Assembly (NCBI GenBank): GCA_002633005.1
Contig: NMRA01000572.1
Span: 1 to 35,404 of the forward strand
DNA: 35,404 bases
Direction: 5' to 3'
From: Phoronis australis
Lineage: Eukaryota > Animalia > Phoronida
In this document: one piece after another, positions 10,733 through 23,375 of the stretch
How positions within the stretch are numbered: position 1 is the stretch's first letter
Layout of the letters: each line of letters starts with the position of its first letter
The notes under the pieces: generated by a model
Database searches by the model: none
Told to the model about the DNA's origin: nothing
What the model saw: only the letters and a program-made list of their open reading frames with translations
Position numbers and translations under genes: made by a program

Positions 10733-13444
10733 TGGATCTTCTTAAACCTGTCAACCATGAAAATTTCATTGAGACAGTTTTGTTCTACTAACATGTTCAA
10801 CTAACATTCCGTTCATGCAAGTCGGTCAGTACGTTCGCATTTAAGGCGTTATTGCAACAGGTAAGTGTTGTTTTGATTTTTGTTTGGAGTTTCCATATTT
10901 TATTTTGTTATGTATTCCTGTCTTCAGATAGTCACTGTTATTCTTCAACAACATTTCTGTACTTATAATGAGACTTCAGTAAACTCGCGACTGTTCATAC
11001 TTTAAATGTTAGCAGAAGTGTGTAATGTCCATCAGCAGAGACCTGTGGGAAGAACTATTTTCCGTAACTGTAGCAAATATATGACGAAATGAAATGAAAA
11101 CGGTCGACATAGATGAATTGTAATTGGTTAAATATACATTAAGAAAGAAAATTAAGTATATAAATAGTAGAATGGTACTTGAATTGCCTGGTTTACGTCC
11201 TTCATGAGTTCACCTGTCCCAAATTGAGTGCTTTCGTTTTTCTTTTCAGGTCGTCACTAGTCGATTCTTCTAACAGTCGTGATCTGCCCAGTATCCTATT
11301 GTATCAACGTGCGCAACAACGGTCTTGGCAGGGGGTTGCACCTAGTAGACTCCCTTAGAATTAGTGGCGCAAAATCGACATTGGTGTGCAACAGGAGGCC
11401 GAGGGGGGGGGGGGGGGCGGCGTAAATTAGTAGTGACTGACGGAGACTGAGCTGCGCGAAATTGGTGACGACCGTGGACGGCGCTAAACTGGTGACGACC
11501 AGAAGAAACGGCCCTGTTATCTTCCACGCAGATTACCAGAAAATGTTAACGATTATCAGTTTCATTTCATCCACAAAAAGATTTCACAAGTCAGAGTTTT
11601 CACTGTGGTTAAAAACGTAAGCGAACCCAGATGTGTTAGGTCACCTCAGTTGCATGAAGACGCGCCAGTGTATCACTGAGTTAACATCGGGCGTTTCAAA
11701 GGCTGTGGATGAGAAAGGTTTTAATTCTAAAAAACGGTTGGGTGAATTTGATGTTGGTAGCATTTGAAATTGCATTTGCTTTCTAGACAACGCCCTTATA
11801 TATACAATATGATAGTTAATCGTGTCTTCAGCCGCGCAGCACTGTACTAGTCGACGCATTCCCATCGTTTGCAGTAGGCCTAAACATGTAGAACGACAGC
11901 GCTTCTTCAACAATTCAGACGACTACCAGGACGACAAATGGGGATCGCGAGTCGATGAGAAACTACTCGTTTTGTTATCATGATTGTCTTTGTAATTTAT
12001 TTAGGGTAATTGTTCAATCGAATTTTCATGTTGAAACTGAGCTTTCAGTTAATATGGAAATAAACGTGTCAGAGTTAACGTGCGTTTCGGTTTGTTACCA
12101 GCAGACAATGCATGGATACGTTTAACAAACATAAATATATGCTATGTTCTTGTCATTGTTCGTCACTTTCTTCATTGAACTCGTTCCCACATCCATTACT
12201 GTTACGTTTAATGCAAAATTCGTTAAAATTGAAAAAGCGCATGTTTTGATGATAGGGTAGTTTTGTGCGCCGAATACGCAAGTCCAGCTTTTTATTGGGA
12301 AACCATGCGTTGACAGCGCAAACTCGACATTTTTTTGTTGAGAAAACGCATTTTTACAAAAGAGAATCGGTTGTCTGTAACATTTCATGTGCGTAAACAA
12401 CGCAAAGCAGACCCACTCATTGAGAAACCCATATTTGTCACCAGGAAGACTCTTCACAACGCAGCCCGATATTTCAAGTGAAATTGCAGTTTTGAAAAGA
12501 TTCCGTCACTTGCCGAGAACGGTTTTTGAGCATCGGCAATGCAAGCCGAATATTTCATATTAAGAAAGCTCATCTTTGAAAAGAAGAACCAACACTTGTT
12601 GGGAACGGTCTTTGTGCGTCGACGGCGCACATTTCTTATTGGGAAAGCCAGATTTTCAAAAATTAATCGCTCAGACCATTTGAGTCTCATTTACCTGCAA
12701 CTATACTGCTATCAAATGACCGAGCCAGCAATGTTGATACTACGACCGCTCATCGAAATAATGTACACCCACGAAATTCGGACACTAGCGGAAACCCAAA
12801 TTTGGAGGTCCGCCAAATTCGGACACCACAGAAGTGATGTTTCGCGAGATTCGTCCAAGAATGAATTTTTTCTATTGGAATTAATTTTCAGTGTCCGAAA
12901 ATCACTCGACTTTACCGTAGATGTTTCAATGTAGCTTACTTGTATATCAAAAGAATAATCCACGTGATATTGTTAACTCTGATCAGCGTTTGTAAATCAC
13001 CGAATATATCAATACGCACAGTCGTTTATCTTCAATAGTACCCAATATTTGTAGTTTTTAGCTTAATAGTTCATCGATTTTTAAAAATTGAAAACCAAAC
13101 TTGGTTGTTTTTTCCATATGAATACAGCTGTGGTATTTGTTTTTAACGAAACCTGGTGGTTACAACATTTTGAAAATTTGTCATTATGTACAGGCAGAGG
13201 TATTTACTACAGTTTATGGTCGGGTAATTACACTTAATTGGGTCTTGCGAGCACCAGACAATGCAGTCATCGCAACTGAGACCGACTCTGGCGCCGCGTT
13301 CTCTTTGATTCCATCAAAAGTCGCTCAGAAGAACGAGCGGTGAACAGTCCGCATATCTTTAGAAATGCGTGACTTCCGGGTATGTATTATTCACGGCAGT
13401 TGTTTTTGAAAACAGTGTATACATATGAATCCGATCAGCTGCTT

Positions 13445-13551
13445 ATGAGATGCTCTCAAGTCATGAGATGCTCTCAAGTCATGAGATGCTCTCAAGTCAT
13501 GAGATGCTCTCAAGTCATGAGATGCTCTCAAGTCATGAGATGCTCTCAAGT
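13445..13551. repeat. Minisatellite, ~6 x 18 bp (ATGAGATGCTCTCAAGTC)
   Basis: Five identical head-to-tail units plus a sixth lacking only the last base, no spacers. Confidence 0.98.
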
Positions 13552-14050
13552 TGGCCAAATTTGGACATTTTCCTAGGGCCCTACATAACCTTAATAATTT
13601 CAACACAATGGATTTGGAAGCCATTGTCGACAGGAGAGACACTAAAAGAAATACTTGTAATGAAGATAAATGACAGTTGGTAAATTTGAACCTTCAGATT
13701 GGTCAAATTTCTGGCCACAGTAGAATCTGAAGTGTCAATTTTACTGTACTTACAGAACATGCCAAAAGTATGCACACAAAACAACCCCGGCCAGAAATCC
13801 CCGTCATGAAGGTGGGGCTGAAGTTGAATTCATCGTCAGAATAGACTTCCCTTATGACCGATAATGAAGGAGAATGTACAGGAAAGTTACTAAAGGTGAT
13901 TAAGGCATTCAGTAATTAGAATAAGAATTTAGCTTCCCAAATAGTTATTACCATGCTGTCGCTATTAACACAATTAGCCATCATGACAGGCAACCGATAT
14001 TTTGTCTGATTACTTTTGTCTTGCACAGTGTATAAGTATCATCTCATCAC

Positions 14051-14181
14051 CTTATGTCATCCACGACTCGTATCTTTGGTCCAGGAGGCACCACCAGTCC
14101 CAGGTGTGCTCTTATTCGACAATTGGTTGGTCCAGTGTGGGGCCACACATGCACTCCTGGCTGCATTACTGAGAATTTAAT
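14051..14181 (-). CDS. ASPH: ASPH penultimate coding exon, 131 nt, with first Fe-ligand His
   Basis: Acceptor gacAG|ATT, donor AG|GTgatg. Translates IKFSVMQPGVHVWPHTGPTNCRIRAHLGLVVPPGPKIRVVDDI(R); HVWPHTGPTNCR is the ASPH signature. Confidence 0.97.
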
Positions 14182-15413
14182 CTGTCAAGAAAGCAATCAA
14201 AAGCAACACAGAGCATTAAAATGCACCCACGAGTGCACCGCAAACAGTTGTTTATTTGTTTCATAAAAATAGTCACTAGATGACACAAAAACATCCAATC
14301 CATCTGAAAACAGGAACATGCCATCGCTTCTTTAATAGAAAGCTATTTACCAAATTTCATAAAAATCTGTCAAGGAACTTACAAGAAACAAAAGAAAATG
14401 GAAAAAATGAAATTGTCAGCATTCATTGGATCTGCCTGAAAGAGGTCGTCCGTCGTCTGTTATTAGCTTCATCTACATCTAATTACAAAATTTAATAAAG
14501 ATCCTGCAGTGTGTTTAGGAGAAGCAGCTGTGGGTGCAAAACAAAACATAACTACCACTAGGAGGCGCCACAGTAGCCAAATTCGTTATCGTCAATCGTC
14601 CTCTTCACACCGAGAACGTACACGCCGATTTTCAAAATCATCCTTAGAATGGTTTGGTTGATCGAGGGGTGGACGTCAAAAACAGATTTAAAAACAGGAA
14701 AAATGGCCACTAGGTGATGCAACGTACCTCGATTCTATCTGAAAACGGGAAGATAGCATCATCTCACCAACAGATGCCTATATTCCAAATTTTCTGAAAA
14801 TCCGTTGAGGACCTTTGAAGATACAGAGGTAAACCTAAAAATATAAAATTGCCACTAAGGGGCACACTCGTAGTCAGATCCGTCCGAAAGTTGTTGTCAT
14901 CCGTTTTCAACATCATATATTATAAATATACTTGCTAAATTTAGCAAAGATCCTGCAAACGGCTTAGCAGATACAGCCATGGGTGCAAAAATAAACTGCC
15001 ACTACCGGGGTTTTCCATAGATAAGCCCCTGGGCGTGTATATGGAAAAAAAAAAATTTCCAGACACTTTAGGAACACCAATAAACGCCCAGGCGTTTGTT
15101 CAGAAAAGATGGGCGTGTAAACGGAAATTCATCATTTTCGCGAATTCATCATTTTCGCGAAGTAAATACCAGCATGAAGCGCGATATGTATTTTTGTAAG
15201 TGAAACTTGTATAGCAGCTCATCAATTTTTGCAACATATGCGCAGCGGGACAAGAAAATGTATGTGCATGACATTTCTCGATCTCCTTGTGACAAAGATG
15301 ATAGCACCTAAGGTCGCTCAATTGAAAATCTATGAACTCCAGCTGGCTTGAATACTCGGCCACATCGTTCTGTTGGTATGTGCCCTACCGTAAATCCGTC
15401 TTTGACTACTTCC

Positions 15414-15600
15414 ATGCTTTACCAATCAAGTGTGCACCCAGCAACATTGAAGTCCAGGTAGGGTACCCATGAACGATGCTTTACCAATCAAGTGTGCACC
15501 CAACAATATTGAAGTCCAGGTAGGGTACCCATGAACGATGCTTTTCCAATCAGGTGTGCACCCAACAATATTGAAGTCCAGGTAGGGTATCCATGAACGA
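15414..15600. repeat. Minisatellite, 3 x 62 bp, inside the pogo element
   Basis: atgctttaccaatcaagtgtgcaccca...gtagggtacccatgaacg starts at 15414, 15476 and 15538. Confidence 0.95.
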
Positions 15601-15765
15601 GTAGCTTATGATGCAACTGTTACATACAGACAGTAATGAGGAGGCGAGGTCCTTATTTCAACACAGACAAACCTGTTTTGCTCATGGACGCACACCGGAG
15701 CCACGGAAACTGTATCCGCAAAGTTTTGAAAATTGAATATCGGCTTGAAGATAACTTGAGCCAGA

Positions 15766-16022
15766 ATGACCTATTTCCTTCAGCCACTTGACATTGATGA
15801 TAACGCTTCGTTCAAAACTAGACTGCAACAGCAGTATCAGTATTGGCTTGAAAACGGCGAGAAAGAATATGAACCCCGAGCGGGTATCACAGCCGCCCAT
15901 CCTACACGAAACTACTGGATTCTGTATCTTCCGCCATGCAGCAAATACCGCAAGACATCAGTATCAGAGCAGTTGAATGTTGCGGCATACCTGGTAATGG
16001 TAAAATGGTCTCTACCGAATGA
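15766..16022 (+). pseudogene. C-terminal remnant of pogo-type DDE transposase
   Basis: TYFLQPLDIDDNASFKTRLQQQYQYWL matches the LQPLDxxxNxxFK motif; after a frameshift comes RPSYTKLLDSVSSAMQQIPQDISIRAVECCGI. Confidence 0.85.
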
Positions 16023-17380
16023 AAACATTGACATCGTCTGAGTAAACGTAGATTAAGAGGTTTCCTGGCTCAATTTTAATAAAAATGTTTTTAAAAATTT
16101 TAGGTTAATAAATGTATAGTTCAGCAACACTTTGCTTGTTTTTATGAATAATAAATGCTCCACAAAACTGAATTTGTGACTAAAAGTTGACACTAAGTGG
16201 ACTTTTAAAAGGAAATTTGCAGAAATGAAGCACCACTATATAGACATTTGACACGAGAAGTTGCAACACCAAATAAACGCTTATGGGCGTTTATTCAGCA
16301 TAATTTTCCAAATAAACGCACATGGGCGTTTCGTCGGGTGGGCTTATCTACGGAAAATCCCGGTAAGATGCGCCACAGTAGTCGAAGTCGTCGAAAAATC
16401 ATCGTCAGCTTCATAGTAAGAACATAATGCCAATTTACACAATCATCCTTAGAGCGGTTTGGTTGATGGAGGGGTGGACGCCAAAAAAACAGACTAAGAA
16501 AAACAGTAAAAATGGCCACAGGGTGGTGCAAACTACGTCAAATCCATCCGAAAACAGGAAAATAGCGTCACCTCACTGATAGATGCCTAAATGCCAAATT
16601 TTATGAAAATACGTTGAGGACCTTTGAAGATATAGAGATAAACGTAAACAACTAAAATTGCCACTAGGGGGCACACCAGTAGTCAGATCCATCCGAAAGT
16701 CGTCATCCATTGCCGACACCATATAAATATACTTGCCAAATTTAGTAAAGATCCTGTCAATGGTTTAGGAGTTACAGCCATGGGTGCAAAAAAAACTGAC
16801 ACTAGGAGGCACCACAGTATTCGAAATCATCGGAAAATGATCGTCAGCAGTCCTCTTCAGAAAACAAACATGCAAACCAATTTTCACAATCACCCTTAGA
16901 GCTGTTTGGGTGATAGAGGGGTGGACGCCAAAAAACAGACTTGAAAACAGCAAAAATGGCCACTAGGTGGCGCAAACTACAACAAATCCATCCGAAAACG
17001 GGAGGATAGCATCATCTCACTAATAGATGCCTATACGCCAAATTTTATAAAAATATGTTGAGGAGCTTTGAAGATATAGAGGTAAGCGTAAAAAACTAAA
17101 ATTGCCACTATGGGGCACATCAATAATCGGACCCATCTGAAAGTTCGCTCATGCTGTCCCATCCATGAAAGGAACATATGTGCGAAATTTCATCATGTCG
17201 TGAACACATCCACTAAAACAAGAAACTGTAGGAACACCGCATTTATCCACCTTCACTCTTATCAGGCTTCTATTGTGAGTCAGCATGCGTGAATAATTGG
17301 CTGATAAGCCAGCTCTGGAACTACTTTGGGCTGNATACGCAGGCGTTACCCTGAGGGTTTTATTACTATTAATAATACTA

Positions 17381-20079
17381 CCGTAAACGTTCGGGTTAAC
17401 ACCCTGGGCAGTTAAATTGGCAAACCCAAAAAATCGGGGGTGGGCAGTTAATCAGACATGGGCGCTTAAACGTGAAATTTCAAGAAATCCAGGGTGGGCG
17501 GTTAACTGAACATGGGCGCTTATTACAACAAACAACCGCCCTGGGCGGTTAATCTTACCTCATGATCAGAGTACCACACGACACAGTTGTAGGCCTACTC
17601 GAAATGCGTAGAACTTTTCAAAGAGCATTATCGTAAAGTCGCCAAATGTCGCGGACGATCCCAAGAACTGTTCTGTTACCCACAGATTAGTCAATCACAA
17701 TTAAAATTTTCAAAATTGGTGAGTAATAGCCCTGTGCCGTCCTGCGATCTTATTAGAGCTGTAGAGCGCAGACGATCAGTAACAATAACTTGGATTGCAA
17801 CTATTCTCCCGCGATGGCACTTTCGAAGTGCGTGCGTGCGAGCTTCACGTGTTGCAGAGGTCACAGCAGACATTAAATTTATGGTGGTAACTGTCAAGTT
17901 CCGAGTCAAAGACCAGTTTTAAAATAATGATGTAATAATAATTTGAAAAACAAATCCAGGTGTTTTTTTGTGTTTGGGATGTTTAAGTCGGAGATTAGAT
18001 TAGTGACTCATTTTCAACGTATGGTTCTGCGGCTAGCTGTTTTATCTCGACCGCCCGGCATTACCCACTTCCAATTGCGTGAAACATGCCACGCAAAGAT
18101 GAGAATCGGGGGGNACATGAGCCAGTCGTCAATCAAAAGTTACCGCAAAGGCATTACTCAAGAACAACCATTTTGCTTAAGGTTTTATTTTAAAATTAGT
18201 AACACTATGATTGGGGATGAGTCTAGTGAGCGCGTACAGTAGATTCCGAGGAATAAAATTACCAGTTCGTACACGTAGGTATCTGTGTCGGTAAAAAATT
18301 CGTAGATGTAGCCCGAAATTCTTCGGGTAACCAGTATCCGTGGCTATACAACTAAATTAGTGAAGTCAGCTTCAACCAGTAACGCGTCCTTTCCGAATCA
18401 GTGTTTTGCAACCGAGACTCCGCGCTCGGCATAACGAAAAGCAGGTCGCATTCGCGACCTGAAATTTGGAAATGTGAGCCGAGATTATAAACGTTTTGTA
18501 CCTGTCACCGGGAAATTCCAACCTACGCCAGCCACTTTTTTGGAGGGGGGGGGGTAAAATAGATAGGCCTACCTGGCAAACATAAAGCAACTGGAAAAAT
18601 ACATTTATTTTACACGCAATATGTACAGATTATCCTATTATAATATCACCTACGGCAATATCGCACTGCGGCACTGGTCGGTCCTGCTGTTTGCGCACAA
18701 TATGCCGTCATTAAACTTGGAAATGCCGTCAAATAATTTAACAGCCTCTTTCAATAAGGGTCTTGTTTTACGTGACAAAAGACAGCGGCTTAATTCAGCC
18801 CGCGCATACCTATGAGTCACCTGTCAATCACGTATGTTGTTGTCAAGGTAACATGCACTCCAGAGTGTGGGAAGTTACACGCGTGCTCCACTTCAGAGAT
18901 CGCACATCAAACAAGAACAGCGACAGCCCTATGTAAAGGAGTACACCGGCACGACTCTGTACTTTTAAGTTGTTGTTAAAAAACCCAGTGTTTTATGATA
19001 TTCCCCCGTTCCAATGACCCAAAACTACAATGTCAAGTATGTTGCAATATTTCCCGGCTCGATGATCCCTGGGCCCGATAGCTAGCTGCGTGCTAGGCAA
19101 TGACCATCGCCTCTGTTGGCCCGAACCAGAGGCGATGTAGAGGCTATAGGTGCTCTGTACGCCGGAAGCTTTTCGGCGAATTATGCCTCGCACCGACTAA
19201 ACCATCAAAGTCACGTTGTTATAACTACCTTTTGCGCATAGACGTACACCTTAGGAGGTTGTCGATGTGTTTAAGTTCTTCCAACTCGAACAAATACTCC
19301 CGTTATGAAACTTTTTCTTCGAGCAATGTATGCTAGGTCACAGACAGTGGTGTTCTTCAATGGAGCAATTTTAAAGTGTGCAGAGAGGGTCTGGCACATC
19401 TCTACCGCTAGCTTTCATTTTATTTCTTGGTAGTGATGTGTGGTGTTACAATTTTAATTATTCCACTATCAGGGGTCTCATAACAAAAATCCAAGTATTG
19501 AAGGACTCCTTTATTTCTTTATTTGGGAAGTCGAATTTATGCATGCTCAGTAATGCTCAAGATTTTCTGGAAAGCAGATGGTTACACAGCAAAATCTTGT
19601 TGTGACAATTTAAAAATCACTCTAAAGCCCACGACAATTAAACAAAATGAAATAACAACTTTACACGGATTAATACAACTGCACGAGAATGTATACTTTC
19701 TTTTAATATGGACATGTAGGTGTATCTTTGGCAAATGTGCGTCGATTTTGACCAAAAACATACCGTTGTGGTCGACATAAGATAATTCAAAATTAAATAT
19801 CAAAATTATAAGAAAAAATGCAACAGTTTAAATAATCGAATACTCACGCACATTTTACTCACAGACAGCCAGAGGGCTTATCACTGTAGTAAATAAAATG
19901 CAAAGCTGTTAACATAAACAAACTGCTGCACACTTGTTTACGTATTGGTCCGTATAAACCTACCCCAACTTACGGGCCGCGGGCTTCAGACCCTGAGCGA
20001 AATGGGTTAGATCGAAAATCCACCTAAAGTAGGGGGTGGGCGGTTAACTGAGCATGGGCGTTAACTCGAACGTTTACGG
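17381..20079. mobile_element. Non-autonomous pogo/Tc1-mariner-type element (~2.7 kb)
   Basis: TA|CCGTAAACGTTCGGGTTAACACCC ... GGGCGTTAACTCGAACGTTTACGG|TG, a 24-bp TIR with 2 mismatches. Subterminal gggtgggcggttaactga.catgggcg repeats occur at both ends. No recognisable transposase. Confidence 0.88.
19375..19702. mobile_element. ~330-bp TTAA-flanked insertion nested in the 2.7-kb element
   Basis: TTAA at 19371-19374 and 19703-19706. The two flanks are directly adjacent in the related copy at ~34890-35006. Confidence 0.6.
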
Positions 20080-20322
20080 TGTAATACCATTGTCTGGAAA
20101 CTTCAGCAGATATTTTGACGTCACCAGATTTGCTTAAAAATGTGACCCTATCACGGGATTTTCACAGAGTAACCATTGGTTACCTTAGTAAATTAATCCC
20201 ATCATCATACCATGTGAATTTTAGTTTGTAAAAAGGTTTTAAAAACCTTGCTTGCATGTGAGACTAATGCAGTCATCTGATTGATTAGAAGACTTATGAG
20301 AATCGTCCGTTACACGGCCTGT

Positions 20323-20404
20323 TTGTGTGTGTGTGTGTGTGTGTGTGCGTGTGTGTGTGTGTGCGTGTGTGCATGCATGTGAGCGTGGGTGCATGCGTGT
20401 GTGT
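20323..20404. repeat. Imperfect (GT)n microsatellite
   Basis: GT run with GC/AT interruptions, read directly. Confidence 0.95.
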
Positions 20405-22194
20405 CTGTTGCACCAACATTCGGCAAAATGATAACCTCAAATTGTCCCCGACATGATTTTTGAATGCCAAAAGCAGTCTTTTTTACAAATATTCAAGGTG
20501 CAAAGCCTTTGGTGCGCAAGGAAAAATTCTAGGCCAGTCAAGCCTTCGAGACACAGTACAACTGGAACCATTAAAGCATAGGCAGGCTCTGATACACAGT
20601 AAAATGTAACAATTGTTACATTCATTGTTACATTTTAGGGTGCTAGGCCTCTCCAAAATGTAATAAGTTGTTACATTTTATGCAATTGTTACAATTTACA
20701 TCACATGGAGAAATGCACCATTGTGACATATTTCATGAGTTTGCATATCTGTCACAAGAGGAAAATGGTTCAAACACTTTACGCCTTCTTTCTCAGATTG
20801 TTTGAATGAAATTTTATCAAATGTGCCAGCTTAAATTTATAGATGTGTCCCTATATGTTTTCCATTGTTTATTTTTAACATGAATAGTTTCCTGGTACAG
20901 TATATTCAAAAAAGTACCAGTACAGTTTCAACTCCAGGCAAAAGGAGTTTCCAGGATATAGGTAACAAGTTTTTATTGTTAAAGCGTTCTTGCAATCTTT
21001 TGTTGGTGTTCACAGGTCATAAACCAATTGTGTATCCGGCATTACAGTAAGCACAACAGAAACAATGGCACCGTATTTTGGCTGATATCTATCGTAGTTC
21101 TTTGGGAACAAATGACAATAACAATCTTTTTTTCACAGAGAATTCAATTTCAAAAGCCAATTTGATAGAAAAAACACCATTTTTAGTCTACGATAGTTTG
21201 ATTTATAACATATGCGTTGAATCTGTCGAGTGCAATATGGGCATGTAATAATGTTTTCCATATTCACCTCCTGCACTACCTCAACATTGACCTCTGACAT
21301 GGAAAGATCAACAGATAGGTCAATGTCGACTCGATATCGTTAGCCGGTTCTATCATCAAACATTCCGAATTTAGTTAAAAGTAATACAGTTGCAGTAGTA
21401 TAAATAACACTCCACATGCAATCATGCCCTAAACGTAACATCTGGTACAAAACTGTTAATTATATGACATTTCTGTCCCAGTTTCCAATTGCTAAATATT
21501 ATATTGTCTGCAACTTATGCACCGATTCCTCAGTAACTACAATGTCAAATATTGTTGTTATTTAACTATTTCATGAGATGTTACAAGTTCAAAGCACAGT
21601 TACCGATGTTTTCATCGTTATCTCTTTTCAAGTAATAAATTGTTACATTTAAAACTGTTTCTTTTACTAGAGCAAACTTGCAACCTAACCCGCATGTACA
21701 TTAGAGGATGTGATCTGCCACGCGAACAGTCTGAGTGAAGTATTTAAAAATCTGCCAAAAAATGAAAGAAATTTAAGAATTCGAAGAGTATGGGATAAAT
21801 AAAAAACGTACTTCCATTTGCGCACTCGACATTATTCCGCCTATCCACCTCGACCTTCGGTCTCGATTGATACATGGAATAATGTCTCGTGGGATATTAC
21901 TTCATCTACGCCACTCTTGGTATGTTTTGTGTATTTATTACAGCCAGTGTTTTATTACCTTGGAGTAATCGCTAATGCTCCACACAAAAGGAGCAAGACC
22001 AAAGTTTCTGATGCGGGTTCTCTCTACCACCTTAGTTACCAATGACAATTTCTTAAAGACATTGCGGTGGGAGGAAATAAAAGCATGCATATATTTGCAG
22101 GCAGGTTGACAGATTTTGCCAGTGCAACAGCAAAAGATCGCCTTTGAGAAGGGCGAGTCAATAGTTTAAATGAAAGCGCTCCGAGGAGCGAACC

Positions 22195-22507
22195 TTGGCG
22201 AAATTAACCAAAAAGATGACGATAAAGATGATGACGAAGATGACGAATATGACGACGATGGTGAACAATAGAAGTATTAATAACATACACATGACGAACG
22301 TAGAAGTCTGAAATCAGTAAGAAAAAGGCTACAGTCTTGTGCGACACTTGGCGAAATTAACGGAAAAGACAACGACGGAGATGATGAAGAAGATGATGAC
22401 GATGATGACGAATATGATGATGGTGGTGGCGATGATGAACAACATCACAACATTCATATGATGAACTTAGATGTCATAAATCAATAAGAAATAGGCTACA
22501 GTCTAGT
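22195..22507. repeat. Diverged tandem duplication (2 x ~155 bp) with (GAT/GAC)n cores
   Basis: Both units start cttggcgaaattaac, contain gatgacgaatatga and end aggctacagtct.gt. Confidence 0.85.
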
Positions 22508-22514
22508 ACAATAG

Positions 22515-23375
22515 AAGATAAACCAACATCAATGCAGCCAGAGCGCTCAACAAAGGAACAGCGTTATCAGAAAATCTCAAATTACTCAAAAAGTAGACGT
22601 CGTAGCGAAAAATGGAAAACATCTTCTGAAAGCCCGTTCAAAATTCTATCTAAACTGATGGTATCGTTTAATTCTGTAAATTTTTAGAAAAAAAATGAAA
22701 TTTTGAGTTTTTTTTAAGAAATTCAAAGTCAAATAACTCGAAAACGGTAAGTCTGAGAAAAAAATTGTTACAGGCCATTTGAAAGAATATACTTCAAAGA
22801 ATCCACATGCAAAAAATCACGTCTTTTTCTTTTCCCGTTTAAAATCGCACTCCAGCACGACTGAAAATGGGTCAACATGCGCCAGATCCGCCATCTTGAA
22901 AGCAACTTCCGGTTTTTTGGTTTTGTATAATAGCATGTCATAAAAAACTAATACCTGTAAAAATTCAAAGGAATTGGTCTGATAATGCGCCCTCTACAGG
23001 AGAAAACGTTTTTAGGCCAAAATCGAGGTGCGCATGCGCGATCGCCGATATTTCCGCCATCTTTAAGCGGAAGTAAACAATTTCCGGCATACTTGTAGAA
23101 AACATCCGGTCCATTTACTGTGCCGATTCTTAGCCTTTTACATAAGAAATTGTAGCCTCCAGAAGCATTTGAACCTTTAAATGGAAACAAAATGGCCGCC
23201 ACAGCCGCCATCTTGGATCCGATTTTGACAAAAAACAATAGGCTTCCAGCACTTCCGGAAGTACGTGTTATGTGTGAATTTCGTGATGATCGGACGAAAA
23301 TTGCGACCTGTATCGTGCGAACAAACAAAAAAAAAAAAAAATTAGTGGAAGAGCAACATACTTGGCGAAATTTAT
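22515..23375 (+). mobile_element. Probable Helentron/HINE-like non-autonomous element
   Basis: Repeated gccatctt/aaaatggccgcc motifs, then 'aatttcgtgatgatcggacgaaaattgcgacctgta', an (AAAC)/A-run and 'acatacttggcgaaattt', a layout typical of such invertebrate repeats. Boundaries approximate. Confidence 0.5.

Larger units (their letters stand above)
15005..16363 (+). mobile_element. pogo-family DNA transposon deletion derivative (1359 bp) with TA target-site duplication
   Basis: TA|CCGGGGTTTTCCATAGATAAGCCC ... GGGCTTATCTACGGAAAATCCCGG|TA, a 24-bp TIR with 2 mismatches. Confidence 0.92.
14270..17295. repeat. Higher-order tandem repeat (~450-bp unit of three ~150-bp subunits), probably the body of a Helitron/Helentron-associated element
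   Basis: Blocks such as 'gaggggtggacg.caaaaa' (near 14664, 16469, 16916) and 'gttgagga.ctttgaagata' (near 14803, 16613, 17057) recur. Each subunit opens with ccactagRDGGC-like sequence. The family assignment is inference. Confidence 0.85.

Noticed and set aside
10858-11250. Strong plus-strand splice signals (cagGTAAGT, ttttcttttcAG) suggesting a nested antisense gene
   Set aside because: No coherent reading frame or recognisable protein joins across them.
12068-12982. cagagttaac / gttaactctg inverted 10-mer as TIRs
   Set aside because: Too short, with no target-site duplication. The ORFs between them have no recognisable motifs.
13445-13551. CRISPR-like short palindromic repeats and the RCSQVM/MLSSHE repeat ORFs
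   Set aside because: Units are contiguous with no spacers, there are no cas genes and the context is eukaryotic. The ORFs are by-products of an 18-bp period.
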